This document shows positions 27,530 through 38,854 of a stretch of DNA of 64,000 bases, one piece after another. Each line of letters begins with the position of its first letter. Position 1 is the first letter of the stretch. The DNA is taken from the NCBI GenBank assembly GCA_963749915.1, contig CAVVOP010000021.1, forward strand, positions 480,001-544,000, written 5' to 3'. Below the pieces are notes generated by a model, which saw nothing but the letters and a program-made list of their open reading frames with translations, was not told the origin of the DNA and made no database searches. A program made the translations under genes and the position numbers. Source of the stretch: an uncultured cyanobacterium (GTDB lineage Bacteria > Cyanobacteriota > Cyanobacteriia > Cyanobacteriales > Cyanobacteriaceae).

Positions 27530-28657
27530 ATGAAATATCGCCGTTTTGGGAAAACTGAGCTAAATTTATCGGTGTTTTCCCTAGGTTTAATGGGTTGTTG
27601 TTATGCACAATCTCAGTTATTAGAAACCGTTAAAAAGGCTTTAGAATTAGGAATAAATCATCTCGAAACCGCTAGAGGTTATGGGGAAAGTGAGGCATTT
27701 TTAGGGATAGCTTTAAAAAACTTAAATATTGCTCGTGAAAAGATCTTTATTACCACTAAATTTACTCCTATTAATGATGGTAAAATCGTACAACAGTGGC
27801 TAGATGAATCTTTATTTCGTTTAGGTGTTGATTATATTGACAATATCGCAATTCACGGGATTAATACATGGCAACATTTAGAATTATTAACCCAAGAAAA
27901 TAGTTGTTTAACATTTTTACAAGAGGCAAAAAAAAAGGGTAAAATAAAGCATATTGGTTTTTCAACTCACGGTAGTTTAGAGTTAATTTCAGCAACAATT
28001 TCTACGGGTTTTTTCGAGTTTGTTAATCTCCATTATTATTATTTTTTTCAACGTCATGCACTTATTATTGAATTAGCCAAAAAAGAAGATTTAGGAATTT
28101 TTATTATTTCTCCGGCAGACAAAGGTGGACGTTTACATCAACCTTCGGCGAAATTAAGCCAAATTTGTCAACCTTTTGCCCCTTTGCTCTTAAATTATCG
28201 TTTTCTCTTGAGTGATTGCCGAATTACAACCCTAAGCGTTGGTCCGAGTAACCCTGATGAATTAATTACTCCGTTATCGGTAGCCGATAATGATCAAGAA
28301 TTAACGACTTTAGAGTTAGCAACCTTCGAGAAGATAGAAAAAAATCTCGCAAATACTTTAAAAAGCGATCGTTGTTTACAATGTTATCAATGCTTACCTT
28401 GTCCTGAAAATATTAACATCCCTGAAATTTTGAGACTCCGTAACTTAGGAGTTGGTTTGGAGATGGCGGAATACGCAAGTTATCGTTATCAGATGTTAGA
28501 AAATGCCGGACATTGGTTTTGGGGTCAAAAAGCTGATAAATGTACGGATTGTGGTGAATGTTTGCCAAAGTGCCCTGAAAATCTCAACATTCCCGAATTA
28601 TTAAGAGATAGTCATACTAGATTTAATGGTAGTGCAAGGCGACGTTTATGGGAATAA
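27530..28657 (+). CDS. Aldo/keto reductase with C-terminal 4Fe-4S dicluster
   Basis: MKYRRFGKT, ETARGYG, IGFSTHG; two CxxCxxCxxCP-type motifs. Confidence 0.9.
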   Translation: MKYRRFGKTELNLSVFSLGLMGCCYAQSQLLETVKKALELGINHLETARGYGESEAFLGIALKNLNIAREKIFITTKFTPINDGKIVQQWLDESLFRLGVDYIDNIAIHGINTWQHLELLTQENSCLTFLQEAKKKGKIKHIGFSTHGSLELISATISTGFFEFVNLHYYYFFQRHALIIELAKKEDLGIFIISPADKGGRLHQPSAKLSQICQPFAPLLLNYRFLLSDCRITTLSVGPSNPDELITPLSVADNDQELTTLELATFEKIEKNLANTLKSDRCLQCYQCLPCPENINIPEILRLRNLGVGLEMAEYASYRYQMLENAGHWFWGQKADKCTDCGECLPKCPENLNIPELLRDSHTRFNGSARRRLWE

Positions 28658-28775
28658 TAAGGGATTGAAAATATAGAGTAAAAGATTGATTGGTAATCAT
28701 AGTAAAAACTTCTTTTTCCTTGATCACCAATCGCAATTTTTGAATAATTAATACCATTTTCTTCGCCTTTATACT

Positions 28776-29921
28776 TTAGCTAATGTCATCGCCAAACAAG
28801 TCCAATTCTCCTTGGGGAACGGTAACAATAAATTTTGTGCCTTCATTTTCTTTGCTTTTAATTTCTATTTTTCCTCCCTGTAAATCTACTGCTTTTTTTA
28901 CTATTGATAATCCTAAACCATTACCCTTTATTTTACCCACATTATCGGCTCTTTCAAAAAGGGTAAATAGTTTCTCTCGGTAATTTTCTGGGATTCCGAT
29001 ACCTTGGTCTTCTATTTCTAAGATAATTTGTGTTTCTTGACAGTTTATTTTTACAGTAATTTTTCCCCCGTCAGGAGAGTATTTGATGGCATTAGAAATT
29101 AAGTTATTAAGAATATGATTGAGAATTTTTTGGTCTAAATATACTTGATGATTTTCTTTATTTGTATATAATTTTATCTCATGATTTTCTGATAAATTAT
29201 TATATTCATTTACTATTATCTTGAGATATTCTACTATATTAAATTTTTGCGGAGAAAGGGCAATTTTTCCTTCTTCTGCCCTACTTATTAGTAATAAATC
29301 CTCAAGGGAATCTGTCATTTTGAATACGGCAGATTTAATAAAATTAAAGTACCTTTCTTTTTTCTCTGACGGAATGCGATCGCCATAATCCCTAATTAAT
29401 TCAGTATAACCGAGAATATTAGTTAAGGGAGTGCGTAAATCATGAGAAGCGGTAGCTAAAGCCTGAGTTTTGATTTGATTTATTTTTTTCTCCTCCGATA
29501 AATCCACTTCTCTCTTCATATCTTCTTCATACTTTGCTAAGGCGATGGATATAGTAGTACAAACATCAACCATTTTATAAGGTTTCACTAAATAACCATA
29601 AACGGGGGTAGATTTAGTACGCTTAAGAGTATTAGCGTCAGCATAGGCACTAAGATAAATTATGGGAGTTTTATGTTCACGATAAATGGCTTGTGCGGTG
29701 GTGATACCATCCATCTTCCCTTTTAACATAATATCCATTAAAATCAGATCAGGTTGAGATTCTCCCACTTTTTGGATCGCTTTTTCTCCTGAGTTAACGA
29801 TGCCACAAATTTGATAACCTAGTTTTTCTAAATCTAAGGCCAGACTCTCGGCGGCAATTAATTCGTCTTCCACTATCAGAATTTGTGCAAGTTTCATTTT
29901 TGTTTCGTCTATATTTTTCAT
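28776..29921 (-). CDS. Hybrid response regulator / histidine kinase
   Basis: N-terminal REC (VEDE, DIML), H-box SHDLRTPL, NAIKYS, DQGIGI, GNGLGL. Confidence 0.92.
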   Translation of the reverse strand: MKNIDETKMKLAQILIVEDELIAAESLALDLEKLGYQICGIVNSGEKAIQKVGESQPDLILMDIMLKGKMDGITTAQAIYREHKTPIIYLSAYADANTLKRTKSTPVYGYLVKPYKMVDVCTTISIALAKYEEDMKREVDLSEEKKINQIKTQALATASHDLRTPLTNILGYTELIRDYGDRIPSEKKERYFNFIKSAVFKMTDSLEDLLLISRAEEGKIALSPQKFNIVEYLKIIVNEYNNLSENHEIKLYTNKENHQVYLDQKILNHILNNLISNAIKYSPDGGKITVKINCQETQIILEIEDQGIGIPENYREKLFTLFERADNVGKIKGNGLGLSIVKKAVDLQGGKIEIKSKENEGTKFIVTVPQGELDLFGDDIS

Positions 29922-29934
29922 GAATCAACAGAGG

Positions 29935-32900
29935 TTAGGGAGTGAATGTGATTAAAAAAACAGTGCCTTGATTATTGGTATCCACTGATATTTCAGCGTC
30001 TAATTGTTGACTTAATAATCTTACTAATCTTAATCCTAAAGAGTTATTTTTTTCCCAGTCTAAATCTGGCGGTAATCCGATACCATTATCTCTTATTTCC
30101 AATTTTACCCTTTCTTTCTCTTCTACTTCTACTGCCAAATTAATGGTAACTTCTCCTTCTCCCGTGGGAAAAGCGTGTTTAAAGGCATTGGTGACTAATT
30201 CATTGATTAATAATCCGGCTGGAATGGCGGTTTCAATACTTAAATGACATTCTTGTAAATGGGTAACGGGTTTGATGCCTGTGTGATAGTGGTTATAGGA
30301 AAGAAACAAATTGGATACCAATTGATTAATGTAGTCGGCAAAATTGATCTCAGAAAGGTCATTGGATCGGTATAATTGTTCATGAATTACTGCCATTGTC
30401 TGAATCCGATTTTGACTGTCTTGAAAGAGGTCTTTTACCGCTTCGTCTTCTACATAACTAGATTGTAAATTCAGCAATCCGGAGATAACATATAAATTAT
30501 TTTTTACCCGATGATGGACTTCTTTAAGTAAAATTTCTTTTTCTTGTAAAGATTTAAACAGCTTTTCTTCCGCTTGATGTCTTTCCGTTACATCCGTAGA
30601 AATACCATCAATGCTTACTGCCCTACCGTAATGATCATACACGATATGGGATCGTTCTCGAATCCAACGAGTATCCCCTGTAGATAACTGAATTTTATAT
30701 TCTAACTCCCAGTTTTTACCATAATCGTTTTGTAAAATGCCTAACTCGTAACTTTCCATAATATCCGCCCAAGTATTTTCTACTAATTGACGGTATTCTG
30801 GTACTACCATCTCTAATAAAATACCTCGATTGGCTAAAATATCCGCTGGAGAATAACCATATAATATTTGGCAAGCAGGGTTGATATAACGTGGCTGTAA
30901 ATCTGGTAATGACATTGACCAAACTACGTCTTGCAAAGAACTTAATACACTATTCAATCTGGCTTCACTCTGCTGTAAAGAGGCTTCTGCTTGTTTGCGA
31001 TCGCTAATATCATTAATTACAGCTATAAAGTAAGAAGGATCAACAGCGACCCATACCACCGACATAGTTAAGTTAACCCACAAAAATTGACCATCGGCAC
31101 AACGAATACGAATTTCCCTTTCAAAAGTGGCATGATAACCAGCTAATAAACCTGATAAATCCGTGAGAGTAGGGGAAACATCGTCGGGGTGAATTAAGGA
31201 ATGAAAATCTACACCCACTAACTGATCACGAGTATAATCCATTAATTGGATAAATTTATCGTTAACTAATACTAGCTTACCAGGTAAACTCACTTGTACA
31301 ATACCTACCGCCGCCTGATTGAAAATGCTACGAAAACGTTGTTCACTTAATTTTAATCGTAATTGTGCCAGTCTAACTTCTTCGATGTCTTGTCCACAGG
31401 CAATAATACCAATTCCCTGACCATGATTGTCCGTGAAACGGTTAACATTCCATAACAATGTCCTCTCATCACCATTGGCTGTTAAGATTTTATTCTCTAA
31501 ATTTCGTTGAACTGTTCCGACCTTTAAAGTTATATTTAATTTATCTCTCAAAATATCTCTTTGATCAGGGGCAATAAAGAGTAGGAAATAGTCCTCCCCT
31601 AATACCGAGTCTCTTTGCCAACCAAAGACTTTTTCCGCTTCCTCGTTCCATTCCAGGATACGATATTCCTGATTAAGTACCACTAAAACAGTCCCCGCCG
31701 TTTGTACAAATGTCCTTAATTGGGTGGTAGTTTGTTCTAATTCTTCCGTGCGATCCTTTACCCTTGTTTCTAACTCCTCATTGAGACTACGCAATTGAGA
31801 TTCTGCCTGTTTTGCAAGAGTTATATCTCTAGCAACGGCGTAAATAATGCCTTCTTCATAGGGGAGACTTTTCCACGCCAACCAACGATATTGTCCATCG
31901 TTTGTTAACCAACGATTCTCGAAATTGACACTAGGGAAACCACTACTCAATTTTTCTAACTCTTGTTTCGTGATTTCTACATCGTCAGGATGCACAAAGG
32001 AAAGTACATTATGGTCAACCATCTCCCTTTGCGTATAACCCAAAGTCGTCAGAAAACTGGAATTAACCCGTTTAAATGAGCCATCGTTTCCCATAATACA
32101 AAACATATCCAGAGAAAGATTAAAAAAGTAGCTCAATTGTCGTTGGGTTCGACTGCGATCAATAGCCGTAGCTAAAACATTGGCAACGGTTTGTAAAAAA
32201 TTAATTTCTTCGGGGGTAAATTTACGGGAAATTTGACTATAAATACCCATAACACCGAAACAATTTTCCTTGCCTCCAATGGTCACCGTTGCACCACTAA
32301 CAATTCCCGTATTATGTAAGAACGGAGAAGGACTGAAACGGGTTTCTACGAATAAATCCTCTGTCATCACGGGTTGCATCATGTTAAGAGTATAACCTGG
32401 CATCCAACGGGGAGATGAACCAATTTGTGCTAGTCCTATCCAATCTGATAACCAACCTATCCCTGCTTTGAGTAAAAAAGAGGCATGATTCGATTGCAAT
32501 TCCAACAAGTCACAATACTTCACTTTTAGTGTGTCGCTGACAATCTTAACGGTGGTATTCATCAAGGTGTTTATGTCATTGCTGATTAAGGCCGTATTTC
32601 CTAATTTGGCAATAGCAGTCTGATATTCGGCTACTTGTAAGGCTTTTTGAGCATATTCCGACTGTTGAATGGCAATGGCTACTTGTGAGCCTAGTTTTTG
32701 TAATAATTCTAATTCATCTTCCAACCATTGACGGGGTTGAAGACAATTTTGTGCCGCCAATAACCCCCAGAGTCGATCATGAAAAATAATAGGTACAACT
32801 AAGTTAGCCTGTATTTGTATCCCCAACAATAAATCCAGATGACAGGGAGACAGATTTGCCGTGAAAACATTATCTACCGCCTGAATCCTCCCGTTAAGAT

Positions 32901-34098
32901 AGGGTTGAATAAAATCTTTGGCGAAACAGTGATCTTGTACTACTCGCCCTAAAATAGACATTACCCCCGGAATTACTGACTCGGCAATAATAACTCCATC
33001 TCCATCGGGATATAACTGATAGACGATAACTCGATCGCAATCTAAATACTCTCGCACTTCATTAACAGTACTGGTTAAAATTTCATCTAAATGAAGAGAT
33101 TTACGAATGCGCTGACTAAGTTGAGATATTAACTTTTCTTTTTCAACTTGTTTTCTTTCAATTTTAAAAGCATTTTTGATCCTATCAATTTCTTTTTGTT
33201 GTTGTTTTAAATATTGATGTTGCCATTGGGGAGTTAAAACTTTAATTAAATTTCGGGAAGTAACTAAACTAAGTCGATTATAAATGAAAAAAGAACAAGA
33301 GTCATCGCTAAAATTTTCGTTAATTATTCCATAATTAATAGCACAAGAATTAATAATATAATCAGAAAAATAGTAATTAATTAATAGACTTAAATTTTGC
33401 TCTAATAGTTTACTGATGTCAGTAATTTTTTCTCGATCCTCCAAATAAGTAAAAGGTTTAATTTCTAGCTCACTGATGGCTTTATTTGTCCAACTATGCT
33501 TAGTAACAGCGGCAATTATCGAGGAGATATTTAAAATTTTAACACAAGAATCCGTTTCAAAAATAAATCCTTGAAGGTGATTATTTATGCTTAAACTTTT
33601 AATTATTGATAATAAAGAAATATCGTTATTAATTTTAGCTAAATTAGGCTCAATAACTTCTTCTAAAGAAATTTGTTGGTAAAAAGATTCGTTATTAAAA
33701 TAACAACAAAGACTTTTTGCAGTGATTATTCCCATCAAATGACCTCGATTATTTAAACACCCATAAACAAGATACTTATCTTGATAAATATCTTGAGCAA
33801 TGGTGAATATATCTGGTAAATTTGGCTCTTTTGCACTGGGGAAACTTTGACAAAAATTTTTTGCCCTTAAAGAATAAATATTAACATTAGAGGCAATTAT
33901 TTTCAGAATAAGACGCTGAGAAATAACCCCCAAAGGCAATAAGTCATCTACTACGATTAAATACTCATAACCCATAGCCAATTTTTTCAGGACGTCTAAA
34001 AAGGAAGTATCTGGGAAAACTAATATGAGGTGATAATCAATAATAGTTGTCTTAAATTCTTCATGGATAACCATAGTTAAACAATTAACGATGAACAA
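29935..34098 (-). CDS. Multi-sensor histidine kinase: degenerate CBS-like N-terminus, cyanobacteriochrome GAF, second GAF, multiple PAS, HisKA_2 kinase
   Basis: DRVIVY..DHCF..PCH..ANLVVPI GAF; several PAS (VHPDD, IHPDD); LKEVHHRVKNNL H-box. Confidence 0.9.
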   Translation of the reverse strand: MFIVNCLTMVIHEEFKTTIIDYHLILVFPDTSFLDVLKKLAMGYEYLIVVDDLLPLGVISQRLILKIIASNVNIYSLRAKNFCQSFPSAKEPNLPDIFTIAQDIYQDKYLVYGCLNNRGHLMGIITAKSLCCYFNNESFYQQISLEEVIEPNLAKINNDISLLSIIKSLSINNHLQGFIFETDSCVKILNISSIIAAVTKHSWTNKAISELEIKPFTYLEDREKITDISKLLEQNLSLLINYYFSDYIINSCAINYGIINENFSDDSCSFFIYNRLSLVTSRNLIKVLTPQWQHQYLKQQQKEIDRIKNAFKIERKQVEKEKLISQLSQRIRKSLHLDEILTSTVNEVREYLDCDRVIVYQLYPDGDGVIIAESVIPGVMSILGRVVQDHCFAKDFIQPYLNGRIQAVDNVFTANLSPCHLDLLLGIQIQANLVVPIIFHDRLWGLLAAQNCLQPRQWLEDELELLQKLGSQVAIAIQQSEYAQKALQVAEYQTAIAKLGNTALISNDINTLMNTTVKIVSDTLKVKYCDLLELQSNHASFLLKAGIGWLSDWIGLAQIGSSPRWMPGYTLNMMQPVMTEDLFVETRFSPSPFLHNTGIVSGATVTIGGKENCFGVMGIYSQISRKFTPEEINFLQTVANVLATAIDRSRTQRQLSYFFNLSLDMFCIMGNDGSFKRVNSSFLTTLGYTQREMVDHNVLSFVHPDDVEITKQELEKLSSGFPSVNFENRWLTNDGQYRWLAWKSLPYEEGIIYAVARDITLAKQAESQLRSLNEELETRVKDRTEELEQTTTQLRTFVQTAGTVLVVLNQEYRILEWNEEAEKVFGWQRDSVLGEDYFLLFIAPDQRDILRDKLNITLKVGTVQRNLENKILTANGDERTLLWNVNRFTDNHGQGIGIIACGQDIEEVRLAQLRLKLSEQRFRSIFNQAAVGIVQVSLPGKLVLVNDKFIQLMDYTRDQLVGVDFHSLIHPDDVSPTLTDLSGLLAGYHATFEREIRIRCADGQFLWVNLTMSVVWVAVDPSYFIAVINDISDRKQAEASLQQSEARLNSVLSSLQDVVWSMSLPDLQPRYINPACQILYGYSPADILANRGILLEMVVPEYRQLVENTWADIMESYELGILQNDYGKNWELEYKIQLSTGDTRWIRERSHIVYDHYGRAVSIDGISTDVTERHQAEEKLFKSLQEKEILLKEVHHRVKNNLYVISGLLNLQSSYVEDEAVKDLFQDSQNRIQTMAVIHEQLYRSNDLSEINFADYINQLVSNLFLSYNHYHTGIKPVTHLQECHLSIETAIPAGLLINELVTNAFKHAFPTGEGEVTINLAVEVEEKERVKLEIRDNGIGLPPDLDWEKNNSLGLRLVRLLSQQLDAEISVDTNNQGTVFLITFTP

Positions 34099-34258
34099 TT
34101 AACAATCAGCAAAATATAATCGATTTGATTGTTAACCGAGGATATATTTAAGTCTAGTGTAGCGTGAGTTTAGTTGAAGAATTATCACTTTTGAAGACAA
34201 ATAAGATAAAATAATTGCCAATATTCTCTGTATCTTTTTGTGTTCTAATGGGAAAAAA

Positions 34259-34332
<74 letters not shown>

Positions 34333-34548
34333 TTGCCTTTACCATCCTAACCATTATTTTTATTTTTGACAACCTTTTTCGTAAATTAATTATTTTGTCT
34401 ATATCAATTGTTATTCATTAGGCATTCTCCATCATGGTAAAATCAAGGATAACTATGTAAAGAATCAAGAAAATTTAAACACATAATTTGCAACTAATTC
34501 TACAATCAAGATATAGACAAAGTTGTGGATTGCTAAATACGAAAATCT

Positions 34549-36327
34549 ATGGTAGCTTCTAATATTCCTTCTTTCAAATTATCAACGGATGTAATTCCCC
34601 TCCAATGTACTGGTGCTTATGCCTTGATGGATAGTCTTTGTCGTCATGGAGTTAAGCATATTTTTGGTTATCCCGGCGGTGCAATTTTACCTATCTACGA
34701 TGAATTGTACCGTTTTGAGGAAAAAGGCGAATTGCAACATATTCTCGTTAGACATGAACAAGGTGCGGCTCATGCGGCTGATGGTTATGCTCGTGCTACG
34801 GGTAAAGTTGGGGTTTGTTTTGGGACTTCTGGTCCTGGAGCGACAAATTTAGTTACAGGCATCGCTACCGCGCATATGGACTCTATTCCGATGGTAATCA
34901 TTACCGGACAAGTGTCAAGGGCGTCTATTGGTTCAGATGCCTTTCAAGAAACAGATATTTATGGTATTACTTTACCCATTGTTAAACATTCTTATGTTGC
35001 CCGTCATGCGCTAGATATTCCTTGGATTATTGCCGAGGCGTTTTATATTGCGAGTACAGGCAGACCAGGTCCTGTTTTAGTGGATATTCCTAAAGATGTG
35101 GGTTTAGAACGATGCGAATATATGCCCGTCAATCCCGGAAAGGTAAAATTGTCCGGTTATCGCCCTACGGTCAAAGGGAATCCTCGTCAAATCAATGCCG
35201 CAGTGGAATTAATTGCCTGTGCTAAACAACCATTACTTTATGTTGGTGGTGGTGCTATTTTGTCCAATGCCCATGCTCAAATTCAGGAATTAGCGGAGCG
35301 TTTCCAATTACCCGTTACCACTACTTTAATGGGTTTAGGTGCTTTCGATGAACATAATCCTCTTTCCGTGGGGATGTTGGGAATGCATGGTACTGCCTAC
35401 GCTAACTTTGCCGTGAGTGAGTGTGATTTATTAATTGCCGTTGGTGCGAGATTTGATGATCGAGTTACCGGAAAATTAGATGAGTTTGCTTCTTTTGCAA
35501 AAGTAATCCATGTCGACATTGATCCTGCGGAGGTGGGCAAAAATCGCCGTCCTGATGTGCCAATTGTAGGGGATGTGCGTCAAGTTTTAGAGCAAATTTT
35601 ACAACGTGCCAGAGAGTTAGATTTACCGACTCAAGATACCTTAACTCAAGATTGGCTAGCACGGATTTATGGCTGGAAAAAAGACTATCCTTTAGAAGTA
35701 CCCCATCCCGTTGATTCGATTTCCCCTCAAGAAGTCATTGTCGAAGTAGGAAATCAGGCCCCTAACGCTTATTACACCACAGACGTAGGTCAACATCAAA
35801 TGTGGGCGGCACAATTCTTAAAAACAGGCCCTCACCGTTGGATTTCTAGTGCTGGTCTGGGTACGATGGGTTTCGGGTTACCCGCAGCTATGGGTGCAAA
35901 AGTGGCTGTACCCGATGAGGAGGTTATCTGTATCAGTGGTGACGCTAGTTTTCAAATGAATTTACAGGAATTAGCCACTCTGGCTCAATATAACATCAAA
36001 GCAAAAATTGTCATCATCAATAATGGTTGGCAGGGCATGGTTCGTCAATGGCAGGAAACCTTCTACGGTGAGCGTTATTCTTCCTCTAATATGGAAACTG
36101 GAATGCCTGATTTTGCTCTCTTAGCTAAGGCTTTCGGTGTTAAAGGCATGGTTGTTCACCATCGTAGTGAATTATCTAGTGCGATCGCTGAAATGTTAGT
36201 CCATGATGGTCCTGTGTTATTAGATGTTCACGTTAAAAAAGATGAAAATTGTTATCCAATGGTAGCCCCTGGGAAAAGTAACGCCCAAATGTTGGGACTA
36301 CCGAAAAAAAACTCAACAAACAACTAA
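34549..36327 (+). CDS. ilvB: Acetolactate synthase large subunit
   Basis: [29 protein letters not shown] ThDP motif. Confidence 0.96.
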   Translation: MVASNIPSFKLSTDVIPLQCTGAYALMDSLCRHGVKHIFGYPGGAILPIYDELYRFEEKGELQHILVRHEQGAAHAADGYARATGKVGVCFGTSGPGATNLVTGIATAHMDSIPMVIITGQVSRASIGSDAFQETDIYGITLPIVKHSYVARHALDIPWIIAEAFYIASTGRPGPVLVDIPKDVGLERCEYMPVNPGKVKLSGYRPTVKGNPRQINAAVELIACAKQPLLYVGGGAILSNAHAQIQELAERFQLPVTTTLMGLGAFDEHNPLSVGMLGMHGTAYANFAVSECDLLIAVGARFDDRVTGKLDEFASFAKVIHVDIDPAEVGKNRRPDVPIVGDVRQVLEQILQRARELDLPTQDTLTQDWLARIYGWKKDYPLEVPHPVDSISPQEVIVEVGNQAPNAYYTTDVGQHQMWAAQFLKTGPHRWISSAGLGTMGFGLPAAMGAKVAVPDEEVICISGDASFQMNLQELATLAQYNIKAKIVIINNGWQGMVRQWQETFYGERYSSSNMETGMPDFALLAKAFGVKGMVVHHRSELSSAIAEMLVHDGPVLLDVHVKKDENCYPMVAPGKSNAQMLGLPKKNSTNN

Positions 36328-36427
36328 AAATTATACGTTTTTATAAGAATTTGTGAGATTTTTCACTGATGATGATAATATAGATTACCAATTAGAAAAA
36401 TAAGTTTACCAAGGAACTATTTGTATT

Positions 36428-36565
36428 ATGGAAGCTACTATATTATTGGCTAAACTACCAGAGGCTTATGAAATTTTCAATCCTTTAGTAGACATATTGC
36501 CTATCATCCCTTTATTCTTTTTGTTATTAGCTTTTGTTTGGCAAGCGGCGGTTGGTTTCAGATAA
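36428..36565 (+). CDS. psbK: Photosystem II reaction centre protein K
   Basis: Not in ORF track; hand translation [45 protein letters not shown]. Confidence 0.97.
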   Translation: MEATILLAKLPEAYEIFNPLVDILPIIPLFFLLLAFVWQAAVGFR

Positions 36566-36601
36566 ATCGCCTTTGCAAAATCAAAATATAAATAATAATC
36601 T

Positions 36602-36640
36602 AAACCCATGCTTTTTGCATTATCAGAGTGTGGGTTTTTC
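36602..36640 (+). terminator. Probable intrinsic terminator after psbK
   Basis: AAACCCATGCT...AGTGTGGGTTTTT stem followed by a T-run. Confidence 0.5.
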
Positions 36641-36679
36641 TTGGCTTCAATTTGATCTTACACAGGAAATATTAAATGA

Positions 36680-37201
36680 TCACAACAAGGGAATAGTGCC
36701 TAAAATTCCTTCTATTTTTTGGTAAATTTCCATTAAGCGATCGCCGTTAATATGAACTTCAGTGGTAGGATAACTTTGCGCTACTTCCATAATACTAATA
36801 TTATTATCTTTCAAAGCTGATGTGACCACCGCACCCCGTAAAGATTCTCGACTGGCTTTCTGACTTGGAGTCGTAATCACCTGTGCAAAAACATCCAATA
36901 CGACTCCCCCCAAAGGATTATTTAACATTTTTGACAACATTACCCCATTCACAGGAATTTTTCGGCAAAGAGTATCTCTTACATTTTGCGGTTTTTGGTT
37001 TGCTAACCTCAAGAAATCACTTAAAGCGGGGGAAATTTCTTCTGTTTCACAAAATACAGTTAAATCTTCAACGGGGATAGACTGGTGCAACACACTATAA
37101 TTTAAAATAATTTTGTCCGCAGCGATGGCCTTAGTAAAAGGATTAAAAATTAAAGTAATTAGAGTAGAAATAATCAGAGAATAACGAGTTAGGGAAGACA
37201 T
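36680..37201 (-). CDS. DUF1400 (alpha/beta hydrolase-associated) exported protein
   Basis: Signal peptide, AADKIILNY..SIPVEDL..F.ETEEI pattern. Confidence 0.75.
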   Translation of the reverse strand: MSSLTRYSLIISTLITLIFNPFTKAIAADKIILNYSVLHQSIPVEDLTVFCETEEISPALSDFLRLANQKPQNVRDTLCRKIPVNGVMLSKMLNNPLGGVVLDVFAQVITTPSQKASRESLRGAVVTSALKDNNISIMEVAQSYPTTEVHINGDRLMEIYQKIEGILGTIPLL

Positions 37202-37269
37202 ATAATCTAAATAAAATTAATTTTAACGCCAGTTAACCTGACGCAAAATAATTTTAAAAGTTCATGATA

Positions 37270-37364
37270 TATAGCAATCCTATTTGATTTGTAAGAATAA
37301 ATGCTGTTGAGAAAATCTCGCCATGGGGTTAGTGTCTTCTCATCAATGATTCAGGACTGCTATA
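37270..37364. mobile_element. MITE-like element (TATAGCAATCCT terminal repeats)
   Basis: TATAGCAATCCT ... AGGACTGCTATA imperfect TIRs, 95 bp, non-coding. Confidence 0.65.
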
Positions 37365-37434
37365 GAAACAGAAAAAGAGATTAGGACAGATTAACAGGTT
37401 TAACTTATAATACGGTAAGGTGATTATTCTGAGC

Positions 37435-38526
37435 TCAAAAATCGCTACTTGCTTCCACTACTGTTAATTGTGGTTTTCCCAACTTTTGTAAATAATTTAT
37501 ATGCTCAATAACCGCTTCTCGAATAGTACCATAATTAATGTAGTCAATGTTAAATTCTTGACAAGTTTCTTTAACTATGCGGTGAATATTGGGATAATGA
37601 ACATGAGACATTCGGGGAAAAATATGATGCTCAATTTGAAAATTTAATCCTCCTAAATACCAAGTTAAAAGCCAGTTATTAGTCGCAAAATTGGCCGTAG
37701 TTTTTACCTGATGTATTGCCCATTCATTTTGTAAGTATTGATCTTCAACCATAGGAAAGTCATTTTTATCCATGATATGAGCGAGATTAAAAATAATCGA
37801 AAGATTAAATCCTACCATGCCCAAAATTAGCAGATTCGCAATAATTACATGGAATAGAGGATGAAAAAAGCAAGGCAAGATTAAGGCATAAAAAATATAA
37901 AATGCCTTGAATGAAAATAAAACACTAAGTCTTTTATAGCCCAAATTTGGTAATTTATAATCGCCTATTTTACCTGTAATTAGTTTTTGAAAATCAGACA
38001 AATAAATCCAATAAAATAATAAAATCGCGTAAACCAAAACAAAGTATAAATGTTGAAAACGATGCCAAGGTTTCCATTGTTGATTAGGATTTAATCTTAA
38101 TAAAGATAAAGTGTCCATATCCGCATCAATGTTATCGATATTAGTGTAGGTATGGTGCAGAAAATTATGGGCTTGTTGCCACAAGGCACTACTACCGCCC
38201 ACAAAATCTAAAGATAATGAGCCTAGTTTATTTAGCCATGAATGCTGAGAGTAGCTGTTATGATTTGCGTCATGTTGAATATTAAAACCAATCATGACAT
38301 AAAACTGAGACAGCAGAAACCCGATTAATAAAGCCACCCAAATATTATGGATCAAAAAGACGAGTAAAAGATAACAAGTGATATAGCCTGTAAAGATAAT
38401 TCCTGATTTGAAAAATATTTGCCGATTACCCTGATAATTAAGTTTTTCTTGGGTGAAATATTCATCAACACGAAGTTTTAAGGTTTTATAAAAGCCCGTT
38501 TTCTGGGGAAATTTAGCAAGAGTCAT
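37435..38526 (-). CDS. Front-end (delta-6/DesD-like) acyl-lipid desaturase
   Basis: His boxes HDANH, HNFLHH, QIEHH; membrane segments. Confidence 0.85.
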   Translation of the reverse strand: MTLAKFPQKTGFYKTLKLRVDEYFTQEKLNYQGNRQIFFKSGIIFTGYITCYLLLVFLIHNIWVALLIGFLLSQFYVMIGFNIQHDANHNSYSQHSWLNKLGSLSLDFVGGSSALWQQAHNFLHHTYTNIDNIDADMDTLSLLRLNPNQQWKPWHRFQHLYFVLVYAILLFYWIYLSDFQKLITGKIGDYKLPNLGYKRLSVLFSFKAFYIFYALILPCFFHPLFHVIIANLLILGMVGFNLSIIFNLAHIMDKNDFPMVEDQYLQNEWAIHQVKTTANFATNNWLLTWYLGGLNFQIEHHIFPRMSHVHYPNIHRIVKETCQEFNIDYINYGTIREAVIEHINYLQKLGKPQLTVVEASSDF

Positions 38527-38713
38527 TCTATAGGTTTATATGTATGAAAATCAACATTGGGACGGTAACGATGGCTACCAGTAAAAACATAACATGATCC
38601 ATACCCTATTGATTCAAAAAAACCATGAATGGTTGACCATTAACCATTGACAAATGAGGATCAAAATTGATTTCTTATTGCGATTAGTCAATTCGGTAAA
38701 GACATCATATTAT

Positions 38714-38845
38714 TAGACCCCTTGCAAAAATAGATTTCTCGGTTAGGTAATTTTGGATTTTGGATTATCCAAGCCTTTCTGACTCCTGACTCCTGACTCC
38801 TGACTTCTCTGACGACCAGATTTTTTGACTTTTGCAAGAGGTCTA
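38714..38845. mobile_element. MITE-like element (TAGACCTCTTGCAAAA terminal repeats)
   Basis: TAGACCCCTTGCAAAA ... TTTTGCAAGAGGTCTA TIRs (15 of 16 match) enclosing CTGACTC heptamer repeats. Confidence 0.7.
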
Positions 38846-38854
38846 TTATATCCC

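Noticed and set aside
36534..36725. 63-aa ORF in the track
   Set aside because: It overlaps the real psbK 3' end in another frame and its terminator; spurious.
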